The position numbers and the translations under genes were made by a program. Source: Octopus bimaculoides (taxonomy: Eukaryota). From it: a stretch of 33,011 nt of DNA. Numbering within the stretch: position 1 is the stretch's first letter; every line of letters starts with the position of its first letter. Of this stretch, positions 1 to 11,257 are shown in pieces. Location of the stretch: positions 121,052,587 to 121,085,597 of the forward strand of contig NC_068985.1 of the NCBI RefSeq assembly GCF_001194135.2. The letters run 5' to 3'. A model generated the notes under the pieces. That model saw only the letters and a list, made by a program, of their open reading frames with translations. It was not told where the DNA came from and searched no databases.

Positions 1-2030
1 GGTGGTGTTATGGTGGTGGTGGTGGTGGTGGTAGAGCTTCTGCTGGTATTGGTGGTTGTTGCTAGTGGGAAGTAGATAGTTGAAAGGATGGTGCCAGGGG
101 TGAAGATGAAGATTATGGTGATGGTCGGTTGTGACGGTGGAAACGGTGGAAACGGTGGAAACGGTAGTGAAGATAATGCCAAGTCTGTTGATGCTATCAT
201 CGTGATGAAGACGATGGTGGTGGTGTTGGAAGTGGCTGTTGTGTTTGAAGTCAAGGTGGTGACTGAGGTGGCGCTGATGATTCTAGTTGTTTTACGAGAT
301 ATTGATTATGGCAATAGCGACCGTAGGGAGTGGTATTCGTGCTATTGTTGTTGTTGTTGTTGTTATTATTATTATTGGTGGTGATGATGGTGCTTCTGCT
401 GCTGCCGCTGCTGCTGCTGCTGCTACTGGCGATGGGAGATGGTGGTAGTGGTGGTAGTGGTGGTGGTGGTNNNNNNNNNNGGTGATGATGGTATGGCAGT
501 GGTTGTGGTAGTGGTGGTGGTAGTTGTGGAGGTGATGATGGTATGGCAGTGGTTGTTGTAGTGGTGGTAGTTGTGGAGGTGATGATGGTATGGCAGTGGT
601 TGTGGTAGTGGTGGTGGTAGTTGTGGATGTTCTCGTCATTGTCATCGCGGTTGTCATCGTTGCTCTCTTTGTCGTCATGTAGGTGGTGGTAGTAGTGCTG
701 ATGGTAGAAGAGCTCGTGTTGGAGAAGTTGTTGCTGTTGTTGTTCATGCAACCATGGTTTGCTAAACTCTATAGTCAAAGGCGTTCTATCCGTAACCATC
801 ACGTCACTTTCTGTATATGCTTATGATATTCTATTTCTGAATGCAAGATGGAAGGGTGTGAACTAAGATAATTCGACTGCTAGTTCTAGCTAATTGAGCG
901 ACTATGTAGAGGTTACTTGTTGATCATGTAAATGATGATGATGATGATGACGATGATGACGATGATGATGATGATGGTGGTGGTGGTGGTGGTGGTGGTG
1001 NNNNNNNNNNNNNNNNNNNNNNNNNNNNNNNNNNNNNNNNNNNNNNNNNNNNNNNNNNNNNNNNNNNNNNNNNNNNNNNNNNNNNNNNNNNNNNNNNNNN
1101 NNNNNNNNNNNNNNNNNNNNNNNNNNNNNNNNNNNNNNNNNNNNNNNNNNNNNNNNNNNNNNNNNNNNNNNNNNNNNNNNNNNNNNNNNNNNNNNNNNNN
1201 NNNNNNNNNNNNNNNNNNNNNNNNNNNNNNNNNNNNNNNNNNNNNNNNNNNNNNNNNNNNNNNNNNNNNNNNNNNNNNNNNNNNNNNNNNNNNNNNNNNN
1301 NNNNNNNNNNNNNNNNNNNNNNNNNNNNNNNNNNNNNNNNNNNNNNNNNNNNNNNNNNNNNNNNNNNNNNNNNNNNNNNNNNNNNNNNNNNNNNNNNNNN
1401 NNNNNNNNNNNNNNNNNNNNNNNNNNNNNNNNNNNNNNNNNNNNNNNNNNNNNNNNNNNNNNNNNNNNNNNNNNNNNNNNNNNNNNNNNNNNNNNNNNNN
1501 NNNNNNNNNNNNNNNNNNNNNNNNNNNNNNNNNNNNNNNNNNNNNNNNNNNNNNNNNNNNNNNNNNNNNNNNNNNNNNNNNNNNNNNNNNNNNNNNNNNN
1601 NNNNNNNNNNNNNNNNNNNNNNNNNNNNNNNNNNNNNNNNNNNNNNNNNNNNNNNNNNNNNNNNNNNNNNNNNNNNNNNNNNNNNNNNNNNNNNNNNNNN
1701 NNNNNNNNNNNNNNNNNNNNNNNNNNNNNNNNNNNNNNNNNNNNNNNNNNNNNNNNNNNNNNNNNNNNNNNNNNNNNNNNNNNNNNNNNNNNNNNNNNNN
1801 NNNNNNNNNNNNNNNNNNTGGTGGTGGTGGTGGTGGTGGTGGTGGTGGTGGTGGAGGTGTTTGTGTTAGTAGTCACCTTAGTTGTGGCAGCGGTTGTATT
1901 TGTGGTACTGGTAGTGGTTTTGTGAGTGATGGTGGCGTAGGTGTTAGTGGTAGTGGTAGTGGTGGTAACAACAGGGTCATGCTCAATGATCAGTTAGATA
2001 GGTGGAGTAGGAAGGTACCTATCAATTTAT
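1..2030. repeat. Compound trinucleotide low-complexity tract (GGT/GTT/GAT/GCT)n interrupted by two gaps
   Basis: Runs of ggt, gtt, gat and gct throughout; N at 471-480 and 1001-1818. Confidence 0.9.
481..627. repeat. Minisatellite, three copies of a 50/47/50-nt unit
   Basis: Unit ggtgatgatggtatggcagtggttgtggtagtggtggtggtagttgtgga at 481-530 and 578-627, with a 47-nt variant at 531-577. Confidence 0.9.
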
Positions 2031-2097
2031 AGACGACTGGTTATGAAATGTTCAACCACCACTACCACCCTCACACATGCACACAGATTCATACGAG

Positions 2098-2154
2098 CGC
2101 TCACACACAGACAGACACACACACGCACACACACTTTCTCTCTCTCTCTCGCTT

Positions 2155-2197
<43 letters not shown>

Positions 2198-2207
2198 TAC
2201 AAACACA
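2098..2207. repeat. Compound (CA)n-(CT)n-(CA)n microsatellite
   Basis: Direct reading. Confidence 0.95.
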
Positions 2208-3630
2208 CGTTTCTATATTACGTTTTGTATCAAACAAAATATATAACACTTCATTCCCTTTCTGTATTTTAATTTCCTACAAGGAATAGAGAGTGAAACT
2301 AAGAGTTAAATAGAGAGAAGGCCAGATAGAGACCGAGGGAAGGGTGGCAGGTAAAGACATAGCAACAAAGTAGTGGGAGTTAGAGATAGGGAGAGAGGGA
2401 AATTTGTGAGTAGAGAGAGAGAGAGAGAGAAGGAAAGAGAGTGGTAGTGAAGGAGTTTAACAGCACGAATGGGTTTTCATAACAACCATGAAACCTCCTC
2501 ATCATAGGTGTGTCATCTTTTAACATAACCTTAAAATGCTTTTAATGTTCTTGCTTCCACTGTTTACTGTAGCTTTTGCTGTTGTTGTTAGTGTTGTTTG
2601 TTGTCGTTGTTTTTAGTTTTGTTGTTGTCGTTGTTGATGTTATGCACTGTCTACATAGAAATGCCTGCATTCCTCATACTCCATATTTCAAGTGCTGAGA
2701 ATCATTGCAAGATTGAACGGTCGGCCATTTTATTGGTTAGTGTCAGAGCATCGAGTGCGTACATATCGGATCCTCTACAGCTGCTGCCAGACTCTATATA
2801 CTGCCATCGTGGTATTGTTTGGTATTTAATCTGCCGTCATGCACCGATTCTAAGTGCAAAACTCTAAGTGCAATGTTTTGTGTATATCAACTCGATGCAG
2901 CGGTAATGCAATACAAATATCAACTTACGTATCACTTCCACTTGGACATTAGTGATTTTTTTACATTGAAGTAGGTTTTTTACTTGCTGTTGCTTAAGCT
3001 CCACGCCAAAAAAACGTATTTAAAGAAAATTTAATGAATAGAAAATAATGTTGAGAAAAACTAACCAGTTCCTAAAAGATCATACATCATATTGATGCAG
3101 CTTAACACTTCCGGTTAATAGTTTCTCTGAGAGTAATTTATTATTTTCGTATTCTTTATCATTTCGTATTTTTAACGTGTGGTTAAACGAAATTCCATGA
3201 CCGTTCCCACAATCTATAGAATTTAAACGTCTCCATTTTTTTTCAGGTGTTTGTGTCAGCGTTCCATTTCTACAATTAGTTAATAAAAGATTCATTTGCA
3301 AATAACATCTGTGTCTTCCGGTTCTATTAGAATATCGTTTTATATTAATGGTTAACCTTTGTTATTTTTTAAATTTTTATTTTTTCCCAATATAAATTTA
3401 CAAATATAATGCAAATTTCAGTTGTAGTACGGTAGTTATAGAATAATTTAAATGTCTTGGTTCATTAATGCCCACAAGTGTTTTGATATTGCTTAAAAAG
3501 TGAAGCAGTGACATTATACATCAGCGACAAGAATTCATATTTAAAGCTTTTGTTTGTTTGCTTTTTAACCCACACTACGGTTACGACTATTGTTAACGAT
3601 TAGTCTATACAGTATGTGTGCAGGCATATC

Positions 3631-3807
3631 AAAATACTTAGCGGTATTTCGTCTGTCTTTACGTCCTGAGCACAAATTCCTCCCAGGTCGACTTTGCTTT
3701 TTATCCTTTCAAGATCGATAACATTAAATATCAATTGAACATGGGAGTCGATGTAATCGACTCTCTTCTGGCTCTAAATTGCTGGCCTTGTGTCAAAATT
3801 TGAAACC
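3631..3807 (+). mobile_element. tRNA-derived SINE family A, 5'-truncated copy
   Basis: Matches other in-window copies: cttagcggtatttcgtc, gtcgactttgc, gtcgatgtaatcgact, gctggccttgtgtcaaaatttgaaacc tail. Confidence 0.85.
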
Positions 3808-3828
3808 AATATGTGTGCTAGCATATAT

Positions 3829-3970
3829 GCGGTGAGCTGGTAGAATCGTTAGCACGCCGGGAAGAATGCTTAGTGGCACTTCCTCCATCTTTACCTTCAG
3901 AGTTCAGATTCCACCCAGGTCGATTCTGCCTTTCACCCGAAGTTGCTGGTCATGTACCAAAATTTGAAAC
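3829..3970 (+). mobile_element. SINE family A, internally deleted copy
   Basis: Head gcggtgagctggtagaatcgttagcacgcc (A-box-like), B-box-like gagttcagattcc, tail aaaatttgaaacc; central box missing. Confidence 0.85.
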
Positions 3971-4061
3971 CAATATTTTTTTTTTTAACTTTCGTCAGCA
4001 ACCGTTTACCACCTTCACTTATCCAAAAGCACATTGCATATAAATCCAGTAATATTATTTC

Positions 4062-4204
4062 TGATTTTAACACAAGGCCAGCAATTTTAAGGGGAGGGGT
4101 AAGTCGATTACATTGATCCCAGTTCTCAACTGGAACTTGTTTTATCGACCCCGAAAGGATGAAAGGCAAAGTGTGCATCAGTGGCATTTGAACTCAGAAT
4201 GTAA
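4062..4204 (-). mobile_element. SINE family A, 5'-truncated copy
   Basis: Reverse complement of the family A body and tail (cacaaggccagcaatt...atcgaccccgaaaggatgaaaggcaaagt...tttgaactcagaa). Confidence 0.85.
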
Positions 4205-4212
4205 TATTGTTT

Positions 4213-4418
4213 ACAAATTTTGGAACAAGGCTAAAAGTTCGGGGGAGGATTTATGTCGATTACATCGACCCCAGTACTACACTGGTACTTATTTTATCGA
4301 CACCAGAAGGATAAAAGGCAAAGTCGGCTTCGCCGGAATTTGAACTCAGAACGCAAAGACGGGCGCAATGCCGTTAAGCATTTTAACCGGCGTGCTAACG
4401 TTTCTGCCAGTTCGCTGC
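4213..4418 (-). mobile_element. SINE family A, near full length
   Basis: All family blocks in order, ending in the head cggcgtgctaacgtttctgccagttcgctgc. Confidence 0.9.
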
Positions 4419-4444
4419 ATTATACGGCCACTAATATTCTTTTC

Positions 4445-4650
4445 TACTCTAGGTACAAGGCCAAAAATGTTTGGGAAGAGGAGTCAGTCGAAAAGATCGA
4501 CCCCAGTACGCAGCTGGTACTTAAATTATCGAGCCGGAAAGGATAAAAGGCAAAGTCGACCTCGGTGGAATTTGAACTCAGTACGCAGTGGCAGACGATA
4601 TACCGCTAAGCATTTCGCCCGGCGTGCTAATGCTTCTGCCAGCTCGCCGC
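4445..4650 (-). mobile_element. SINE family A, near full length
   Basis: All blocks in order; head ctaagcatttcgcccggcgtgctaatgcttctgccagctcgccgc. Confidence 0.9.
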
Positions 4651-4788
4651 GTTATACGCCCACTCATATTAGAAGTAAATGAGTGGTGGATAGACAAAAT
4701 CGGGAAGTCGACGGACAAAATGCTTTTATTTAGTTACGTTTCTCTAAGATGTGATTTTAACTACCACCAGGATAAAGTTTGTCTTTAA

Positions 4789-4988
4789 GGCGGTGAGCCG
4801 GCAGAATCGTTCGCACAGTGGACCAAATGCTTAGCGGCATTTCGTCCGTCTTCACATTCTGAGTTCAAATTCTGCTGAGGTTAATTTTGCATTTCATTCT
4901 CTGTGGGTCGATAAAATAAGTAGCAGTCAAACACTGGGGTCGATGTCACTGACTCGCCCCCTCCGCAAAAATCTCACGCCTTTCCCTT
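4789..4988 (+). mobile_element. SINE family A, near full length
   Basis: ggcggtgagccggcagaatcg (A box) ... gagttcaaattc (B box) ... gtcgataaaataagtagcag ... ctggggtcgatg. Confidence 0.9.
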
Positions 4989-5270
4989 ATAATACAAATG
5001 AAAGGAATATTAGAAGTGAATATAAACTGGAGAAATCAATTTATATATTTAACACTTTCTTGGCAGTGAGATCAAACATGGCTTTACTGGTATGTCCACA
5101 GTGTTTCGTTTGGTTGTTATAATGTACTATAGGACATATCTATAGGGTTTGTTAGTAATTTAAACTTCATGTATACTACTATGTATCAATGAAAAGTGTC
5201 TTGACTGTGTAGCAATCCAGAAGCGGTTTCATAATATAGGAGTACATAATTCAATGAGAAGGCACGTGAC

Positions 5271-5400
5271 CAAGTTCTTAGACAACTAGTTTTCAATCAC
5301 ATGGTCGTAGGTTTCATTACCGGTCTGAGCAATGCGTTTTGTCCTTGGGCAAGACATATACTTTATGTTGTACTAATCAGATCAGCTGGCAAAAGTATGT
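5271..5400 (+). mobile_element. Degenerate tRNA-headed SINE (family B-like)
   Basis: Decayed tRNA-like head followed by gtccttgggcaagacat...ctttatgttg, a common post-head SINE motif also seen at 5770-5815 and 12790-12825. Confidence 0.55.
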
Positions 5401-5589
5401 ATTTAGACTGACAGAACGCCGGACAGCTTGCGTCATGATAGCGCGCAAGAGTTAATGAATCAGTAATCCCAATCATTGGAGCATGAAAATGGATGCAACC
5501 AGCTGAGGACTGCTATATCTTATAGTTAGGTTTTTTGTTTCACATTGGCTAACATACCCTTCTTATTAAGATAGTAAATACCCGCTTCG

Positions 5590-5881
5590 GTTATGAATGA
5601 CCATGGGACTGCACTTAGAAAGTTACCCTCCAAGGCACAAATCCAAGCAAGGTTGTTTTATGGAAGACCAACAGTCACCCATGCACACCAGTCATCCCTC
5701 TCCACGTAATCTCCATGGAAAAGCAAAGGCTATGACATCGCAACTCATTTCTACAGCTGAGCGAATAGAGCAACGTGAAATAAAGTGAAGCGTCTAGTTC
5801 AAGAACAAGCACACAGCCCGATCCGGGAATCGTACTCACTACCTCATGATTGTGAGCCCCCCGCTCTAACCACTGAGTCAT
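5590..5881 (-). mobile_element. tRNA-headed SINE family B
   Basis: Minus strand reads gactcagtggttagagcg (A box)...gagtacgattcccgg (B-box-like), then tgtgtgcttgttcttgaact...tttatttcacgttgctc...ctcagctgtagaaatgagt. Confidence 0.75.
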
Positions 5882-6348
5882 AGGAGATTTGTCAGCTTGT
5901 ACTAGCAGGTTGAGCGATAATTTAGAAGTTCCTTTATTGACAGGTGCGTTTCATAATTTCCGTTATTTTGCTTGTTTCCTAGTGTTATCATTCTTGTTTT
6001 CTAGATAGTTTCTTTGTTGGTGGGTACGAAGCAGCAGACCGTGTAGCGCCAGTTTTGATATCCATTTTCATACATAATTCTAATAAAAAGGAATACAATA
6101 AACATATTTTTTTTACAACAGTAAGGTTATATTTTCACCAGAGTTATCGTCCTAAATAGTGTGAATATTTACCTCGTATTATACGTCGGTAGCAACAAAT
6201 ATTTGCACCATTATATATATAACAATATCATCAAATATTTACGCTGCAGATAACATCTGTAAACTTTATGGATTTCCCTGCAGATCTTCTCAACTCCTAC
6301 TAAACCTTTCTATTATAATAATTCACACACATACACGCTCACTTATAG

Positions 6349-6722
6349 ATACATACATACATACATACATACATACATACATACATACATACATACANNN
6401 NNNNNNNNNNNNNNNNNNNNNNNNNNNNNNNNNNNNNNNNNNNNNNNNNNNNNNNNNNNNNNNNNNNNNNNNNNNNNNNNNNNNNNNNNNNNNNNNNNNN
6501 NNNNNNNNNNNNNNNNNNNNNNNNNNNNNNNNNNNNNNNNNNNNNNNNNNNNNNNNNNNNNNNNNNNNNNNNNNNNNNNNNNNNNNNNNNNNNNNNNNNN
6601 NNNNNNNNNNNNNNNNNNNNNNNNNNNNNNNNNNNNNNNNNNNNNNNNNNNNNNNNNNNNNNNNNNNNNNNNNNNNNNNNNNNNNNNNNNNNNNNNNNNN
6701 ATATATATATATATATATATAT
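6349..6722. repeat. (ATAC)n and (AT)n microsatellites flanking a gap
   Basis: Direct reading; N at 6398-6700. Confidence 0.95.
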
Positions 6723-6943
6723 AGCATACATCTATGTGTGTATATAGGGTATATACACAAAATACGATGTTTGGCATTCGTGTCGTATTGTCGTGATGTC
6801 AATGCAGAATTTGTCGTGGAACAAATGGGAAGAAAATAGCTTGAAGTTAAGATATGTTTTAATCACAAATTGTTTATTTTTCATACACGTATGACCGTTA
6901 GAGGGACTTTAAATGTCTCTTTCATTTTTGGAGTGGTTATGTA

Positions 6944-8055
6944 CGAGGGTGGATTGAAAAGTTCATAGGCTGATTATGAAGGTGTGATGCGAGAGCTGTG
7001 TAATATTGCATCCATTAAATTCAACTCTACTTAATAATTGCATCGTTTTTCCACCATTAACTGGTATCTGACTGTTCATTAGTGACTTCTCTTGAAAATG
7101 GACAAAATTTGATATCGTGATGTTATCAAGTACCTGCAGGAAAAGGGTTTGCCCTCCAATGATATGGGAGCTAAGCCATGATGACATGGTTGCCACATCA
7201 GGCGATAACGTTCCATCTGTATCAACAGTGCAAAAGTGGGCAGCTGAATTTAGGAGGGGAAGCGACAGCCTTGAAAATGACCCATCGTCTGAACCTCCTG
7301 CAACTGCCACCACCAAGAAAAACATTGATTGTGTTCACCACATGATAATAGATGACTGGCAATTGGCTATAAATCTAATAGTCAATGCAATTAGCATATT
7401 CCGTGACAGAGTTGAGAGCATTCTACACAATGAGCTCTACACGATCAAGGTTTCTACTCATCATGAAACCTGATCAAAAGCGCACCAGGCTAATCCTATC
7501 ACACCAAAATCTCACATTGTTTGATGCAGATCCAACTGGTTTCCTTGAACGTCTAACCCAAGATAAGTGTTTGGTTTATCACTTTGAGTCAGAGATGGCC
7601 TCAGTATTTTGGGATCCAAAAGGTATTGTGTTTATTAAATATCCTCCATGGAGAGTATTATGCCAACTTGCTGAAACAACCAGGAAAGCCTATCAAGACT
7701 AGACATTCTGGAAAACCGACGAAAGAGTTCTTGCTTCATCAAGGTAATGCTCCAGCACACGAGTCCTTGGTTTCAATGGCTGTTGTGCGTAGTTGTGGCC
7801 TTGAATTGGTTGATCTCCCTCCCTATTCTCCTGATTTGGTCCCATCAGACTACCATCTGTTGCCCAACATGAAAAAACACTTGGCTAGGAAGCAGCATCG
7901 CAGTGATGATGACGTCATATCTGCTGTTGATGACTTTTTTGATCAACCGGATGAAAACTTCTTCACCAACGGGATCCAAGAACTGCAACACCGAGGGAAG
8001 AAGTGTGTGAACCACGAGGGTTAATATGTTGAATATGTTGAAAAATAAACCTCAT
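6944..8055 (+). mobile_element. Decayed mariner (Tc1/mariner, D,D34D) DNA transposon; left TIR present, right TIR lost
   Basis: TA at 6942-6943, then CGAGGGTGGATTGAAAAGTTCATAGGCTGA (mariner-type TIR start) and transposase remnants. The right end stops after aaacctcatt and runs into (TAGG)n. Confidence 0.9.
7098..8048 (+). pseudogene. Mariner transposase pseudogene (irritans/Himar1-like motifs)
   Basis: Across frames: MDKI*YRDVIKYLQEKG, STVQKWAAEFRRG, TQDKCLVYHFE, MASVFWDPKGIVFI, HQGNAPAH (catalytic D to G), PPYSPDLVPSDYHL, YVEK*. Stops, frameshifts and internal deletions. Confidence 0.92.
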
Positions 8056-8083
8056 TAGGTAGGTAGGTAGGTAGGTAGGTAGG
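8056..8083. repeat. (TAGG)n microsatellite
   Basis: Direct reading. Confidence 0.95.
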
Positions 8084-8320
8084 CATAAGGTGGATCATTG
8101 TCTTGGTGTACTTATCCGGGTCAAGATATATTGCTTAGAGCCAGTCCATATTGCAGTTATATATGAACTCCAGAATTCGAACTCACTAAGACAATTTAAT
8201 ACCCCATACTGCAATGTCAAGATTTTGTAGCTACTTACAAGAGCGAGAAGTTGACCGCGAAATTGGCATCGGCAGTGAGATATTTTATGCAACTGTCAAG
8301 GTGCTCTGCCATTTCAGTTT

Positions 8321-8433
8321 TACGTACGTACGTACGTACGTACATACATACTACAAGCACACATACATACAAACGTACATACATACCAACATACATACAT
8401 ATAAATATTATGCATATATATATATATATATAT
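8321..8433. repeat. Compound (TACG)n-(TACA)n-(TA)n microsatellite
   Basis: Direct reading. Confidence 0.9.
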
Positions 8434-9480
8434 AACGCACAAAACTCTCGGCCTATGAGTCACTCTGTTGCATCTGCTAAATATTAATAAAAGCATATAT
8501 ATACTCATATTTTCAGATCTATTTTTCCTGTTTACATCACCAAACCTGTGTATACATANNNNNNNNNNNNNNNNNNNNNNNNNNNNNNNNNNNNNNNNNN
8601 NNNNNNNNNNNNNNNNNNNNNNNNNNNNNNNNNNNNNNNNNNNNNNNNNNNNNNNNNNNNNNNNNNNNNNNNNNNNNNNNNNNNNNNNNNNNNNNNNNNN
8701 NNNNNNNNNNNNNNNNNNNNNNNNNNNNNNNNNNNNNNNNNNNNNNNNNNNNNNNNNNNNNNNNNNNNNNNNNNNNNNNNNNNNNNNNNNNNNNNNNNNN
8801 NNNNNNNNNNNNNNNNNNNNNNNNNNNNNNNNNNNNNNNNNNNNNNNNNNNNNNNNNNNNNNNNNNNNNNNNNNNNNNNNNNNNNNNNNNNNNNNNNNNN
8901 NNNNNNNNNNNNNNNNNNNNNNNNNNNNNNNNNNNNNNNNNNNNNNNNNNNNNNNNNNNNNNNNNNNNNNNNNNNNNNNNNNNNNNNNNNNNNNNNNNNN
9001 NNNNNNNNNNNNNNNNNNNNNNNNNNNNNNNNNNNNNNNNNNNNNNNNNNNNNNNNNNNNNNNNNNNNNNNNNNNNNNNNNNNNNNNNNNNNNNNNNNNN
9101 NNNNNNNNNNNNNNNNNNNNNNNNNNNNNNNNNNNNNNNNNNNNNNNNNNNNNNNNNNNNNNNNNNNNNNNNNNNNNNNNNNNNNNNNNNNNNNNNNNNN
9201 NNNNNNNNNNNNNNNNNNNNNNNNNNNNNNNNNNNNNNNNNNNNNNNNNNNNNNNNNNNNNNNNNNNNNNNNNNNNNNNNNNNNNNNNNNNNNNNNNNNN
9301 NNNNNNNNNNNNNNNNNNNNNNNNNNNNNNNNNNNNNNNNNNNNNNNNNNNNNNNNNNNNNNNNNNNNNNNNNNNNNNNNNNNNNNNNNNNNNNNNNNNN
9401 NNNNNNNNNNNNNNNNNNNNNNNNNNNNNNNNNNNNNNNNNNNNNNNNNNNNNNNNNNNNNNNNNNNNNNNNNNNNNNNN

Positions 9481-9540
<60 letters not shown>

Positions 9541-10169
9541 TAAATGCGCATGTGAATATGTTTATATATGTGAGTGTACGCTTGTCTTTATACATATTCA
9601 TTTGTCTCTATTTCTGTCTTGACTTATTGTACATTACAAGAGAATATGCCGAAGGCAAATTTATAAAATTTGCCAAATAACATGGAAACGGATACGAACG
9701 ATGGCTGTTCCAGGTTTTTCGATAAACATAGCTTTTTGCTGTGTTATGAAGCAATGCTAAACAAAGTAACTATCAGACTATAAAATAAAGAAAATATACC
9801 AAGCATTTGTAGTGAATCGTCTGAATTTAAAGAGGAACTATCATAATGAGTTTATTATAGGAAAGTTAGGTATATTTACATTACAGATGTTGTGTAATCG
9901 TTCAAAAACGAGCACCATTTTGGGAAGAAACTAGAAGTAACTTGAAAATTTCAAAGAATGAGGTGAATTAAGAATTATATAAGTATGTTTCAAAGACATG
10001 TATGATAAAGGAAATTTACGAATAATTATTCTGCATATAGAAAAAGATTATATGTTAAAATTACTTTTAAAAAGCAATAGTAAAAGCCATTTATTAGTGT
10101 TCATACGCTAGGGTGGTGAAGACGAGAATGGGGATGGTGGGGAACAAAATGTATTTCTGTACTTAATGT

Positions 10170-10285
10170 TTACATTATTTACATTTGACGGATATTCGTC
10201 CTCATCTTGTTTGATATACCCTCCAGCCTTCGTCAAGTGTCTTGGGGAAATTTCGAACCTGGGTTCTCATTCCTATCGATGTTAC

Positions 10286-10320
<35 letters not shown>

Positions 10321-10364
10321 TATTATTATTATTACTATTATCATTACTATTATTATTACTAATA

Positions 10365-10416
<52 letters not shown>

Positions 10417-10657
10417 NNNNNNNNNNACTATTATCATTACTATTATTATTACTAATAATATAATAATAATAATAATAATAATAATGGTAACATCGATAGG
10501 AATGAGAACCCAGGTTCGAAATTTCCCCAAGACACCTGACGAAGGCTGGAGGGTATATCAGCCAAAACGTTGTGTTAGCAACAAACAAGATGAGGACGAA
10601 TATCCGTCAAATGTAAATAATGTAAATAATTCCTCATCTCTTAAATATAGAACTGTA
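10170..10657 (+). mobile_element. Family F palindromic non-autonomous element (Penelope-pLTR-like) with 12-bp TSD
   Basis: Inverted arms at 10170-10286 and about 10486-10630 around (TAT)n/(AAT)n; direct repeat TGTACTTAATGT at 10158-10169 and 10658-10669. Confidence 0.8.
10531..10576 (+). ncRNA. Minimal type-I hammerhead ribozyme motif, family F, G12-to-A mutant (probably inactive)
   Basis: GACAC CTGACGA A GGCTG gagggtatat CAGCC AAAAC GTT GTGTT. Stem I GACAC/GTGTT and perfect stem II GGCTG/CAGCC; GAAAC reads AAAAC. Confidence 0.75.
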
Positions 10658-10974
10658 TGTACTTAATGTGTTTCTCTAAATGTAAGTTCAAATCTTGCCG
10701 AAGACACTTTTTGCCTTTCATTGCACCATGATTGAGGAAATGAGTAAAAATCAAATGGAATTTATTATTTGACTATGATCATCTCCATTTCTGTGGCCAT
10801 CTGTTATCTAGAAATCATTACGTGGTTGGCATAAATCAGTTTAAGTACATTCATAACAGCTTAGCTTTAGTCGCTACAAAGAAAGTTTGGTGAATCACTT
10901 CTAGTTCACTTTAATATTAAATGCAGGAAGCAGAAGAAATACGCAAGACGCAGATGATAATAATAATACTTTCT

Positions 10975-11145
10975 CCTATAGGCACTAGACCTGTAATTTT
11001 GGGGGAGGGGCTAGTGATTTTAATACGGTGATTGACTGGTACCCTGAAAAGATAAAGCCGACCACAGAGGTATTGAATCAGAGCGGAAAAATGGATGAAA
11101 TGCCGCAAAACATTGTGTCCGGCGTGCTAACGATTCTCGCCACTT
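10975..11145 (-). mobile_element. SINE family A, degenerate copy
   Basis: taggcactagacctgtaattttggggg...tccggcgtgctaacgattct. Confidence 0.75.
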
Positions 11146-11184
11146 CAAGGCCACCGCAGAGGAAAATGAACTGATGACATAAAC

Positions 11185-11250
11185 AGCCTGAAGAAATGTA
11201 ACTAAGCAATTTGTCCGACACGCTAACGGTTTTACCAGCTCGTCGTCATA
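11185..11250 (-). mobile_element. SINE family A head fragment
   Basis: ctaagcaatttgtccgacacgctaacggttttaccagctcgtcgtc. Confidence 0.7.
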
Positions 11251-11257
11251 GATAATA

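Noticed and set aside
88-2032. Long His/Thr/Pro/Val-rich ORFs on both strands
   Set aside because: Products of trinucleotide repeats and N read-through; the minisatellite unit is not a multiple of 3; no domain recognised.
2929-2999. Minus-strand exon candidate (LKQQQVKNLLQCKKITNVQVEVI) ending at a GTAAGT donor
   Set aside because: Good donor but weak acceptor, no recognisable homology and no phase-compatible partner exon; needs RNA-seq.
3080-3301. 73-aa minus-strand ORF
   Set aside because: Short, AT-rich, non-ATG start, no convincing splice sites or motif.
8239-8312. Minus-strand MAEHLDSCIKYLTADANFAVNFSL followed by GTAAGT
   Set aside because: The opposite strand is equally open, it abuts a microsatellite, and it partly resembles a decayed SINE A; cannot be supported.
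8468-9622. Long ORFs spanning N gaps (also 6323-6802, 12836-13593, 20426-21002, 22553-23012, 30091-31098)
   Set aside because: Open only because N codons and dinucleotide repeats contain no stops.
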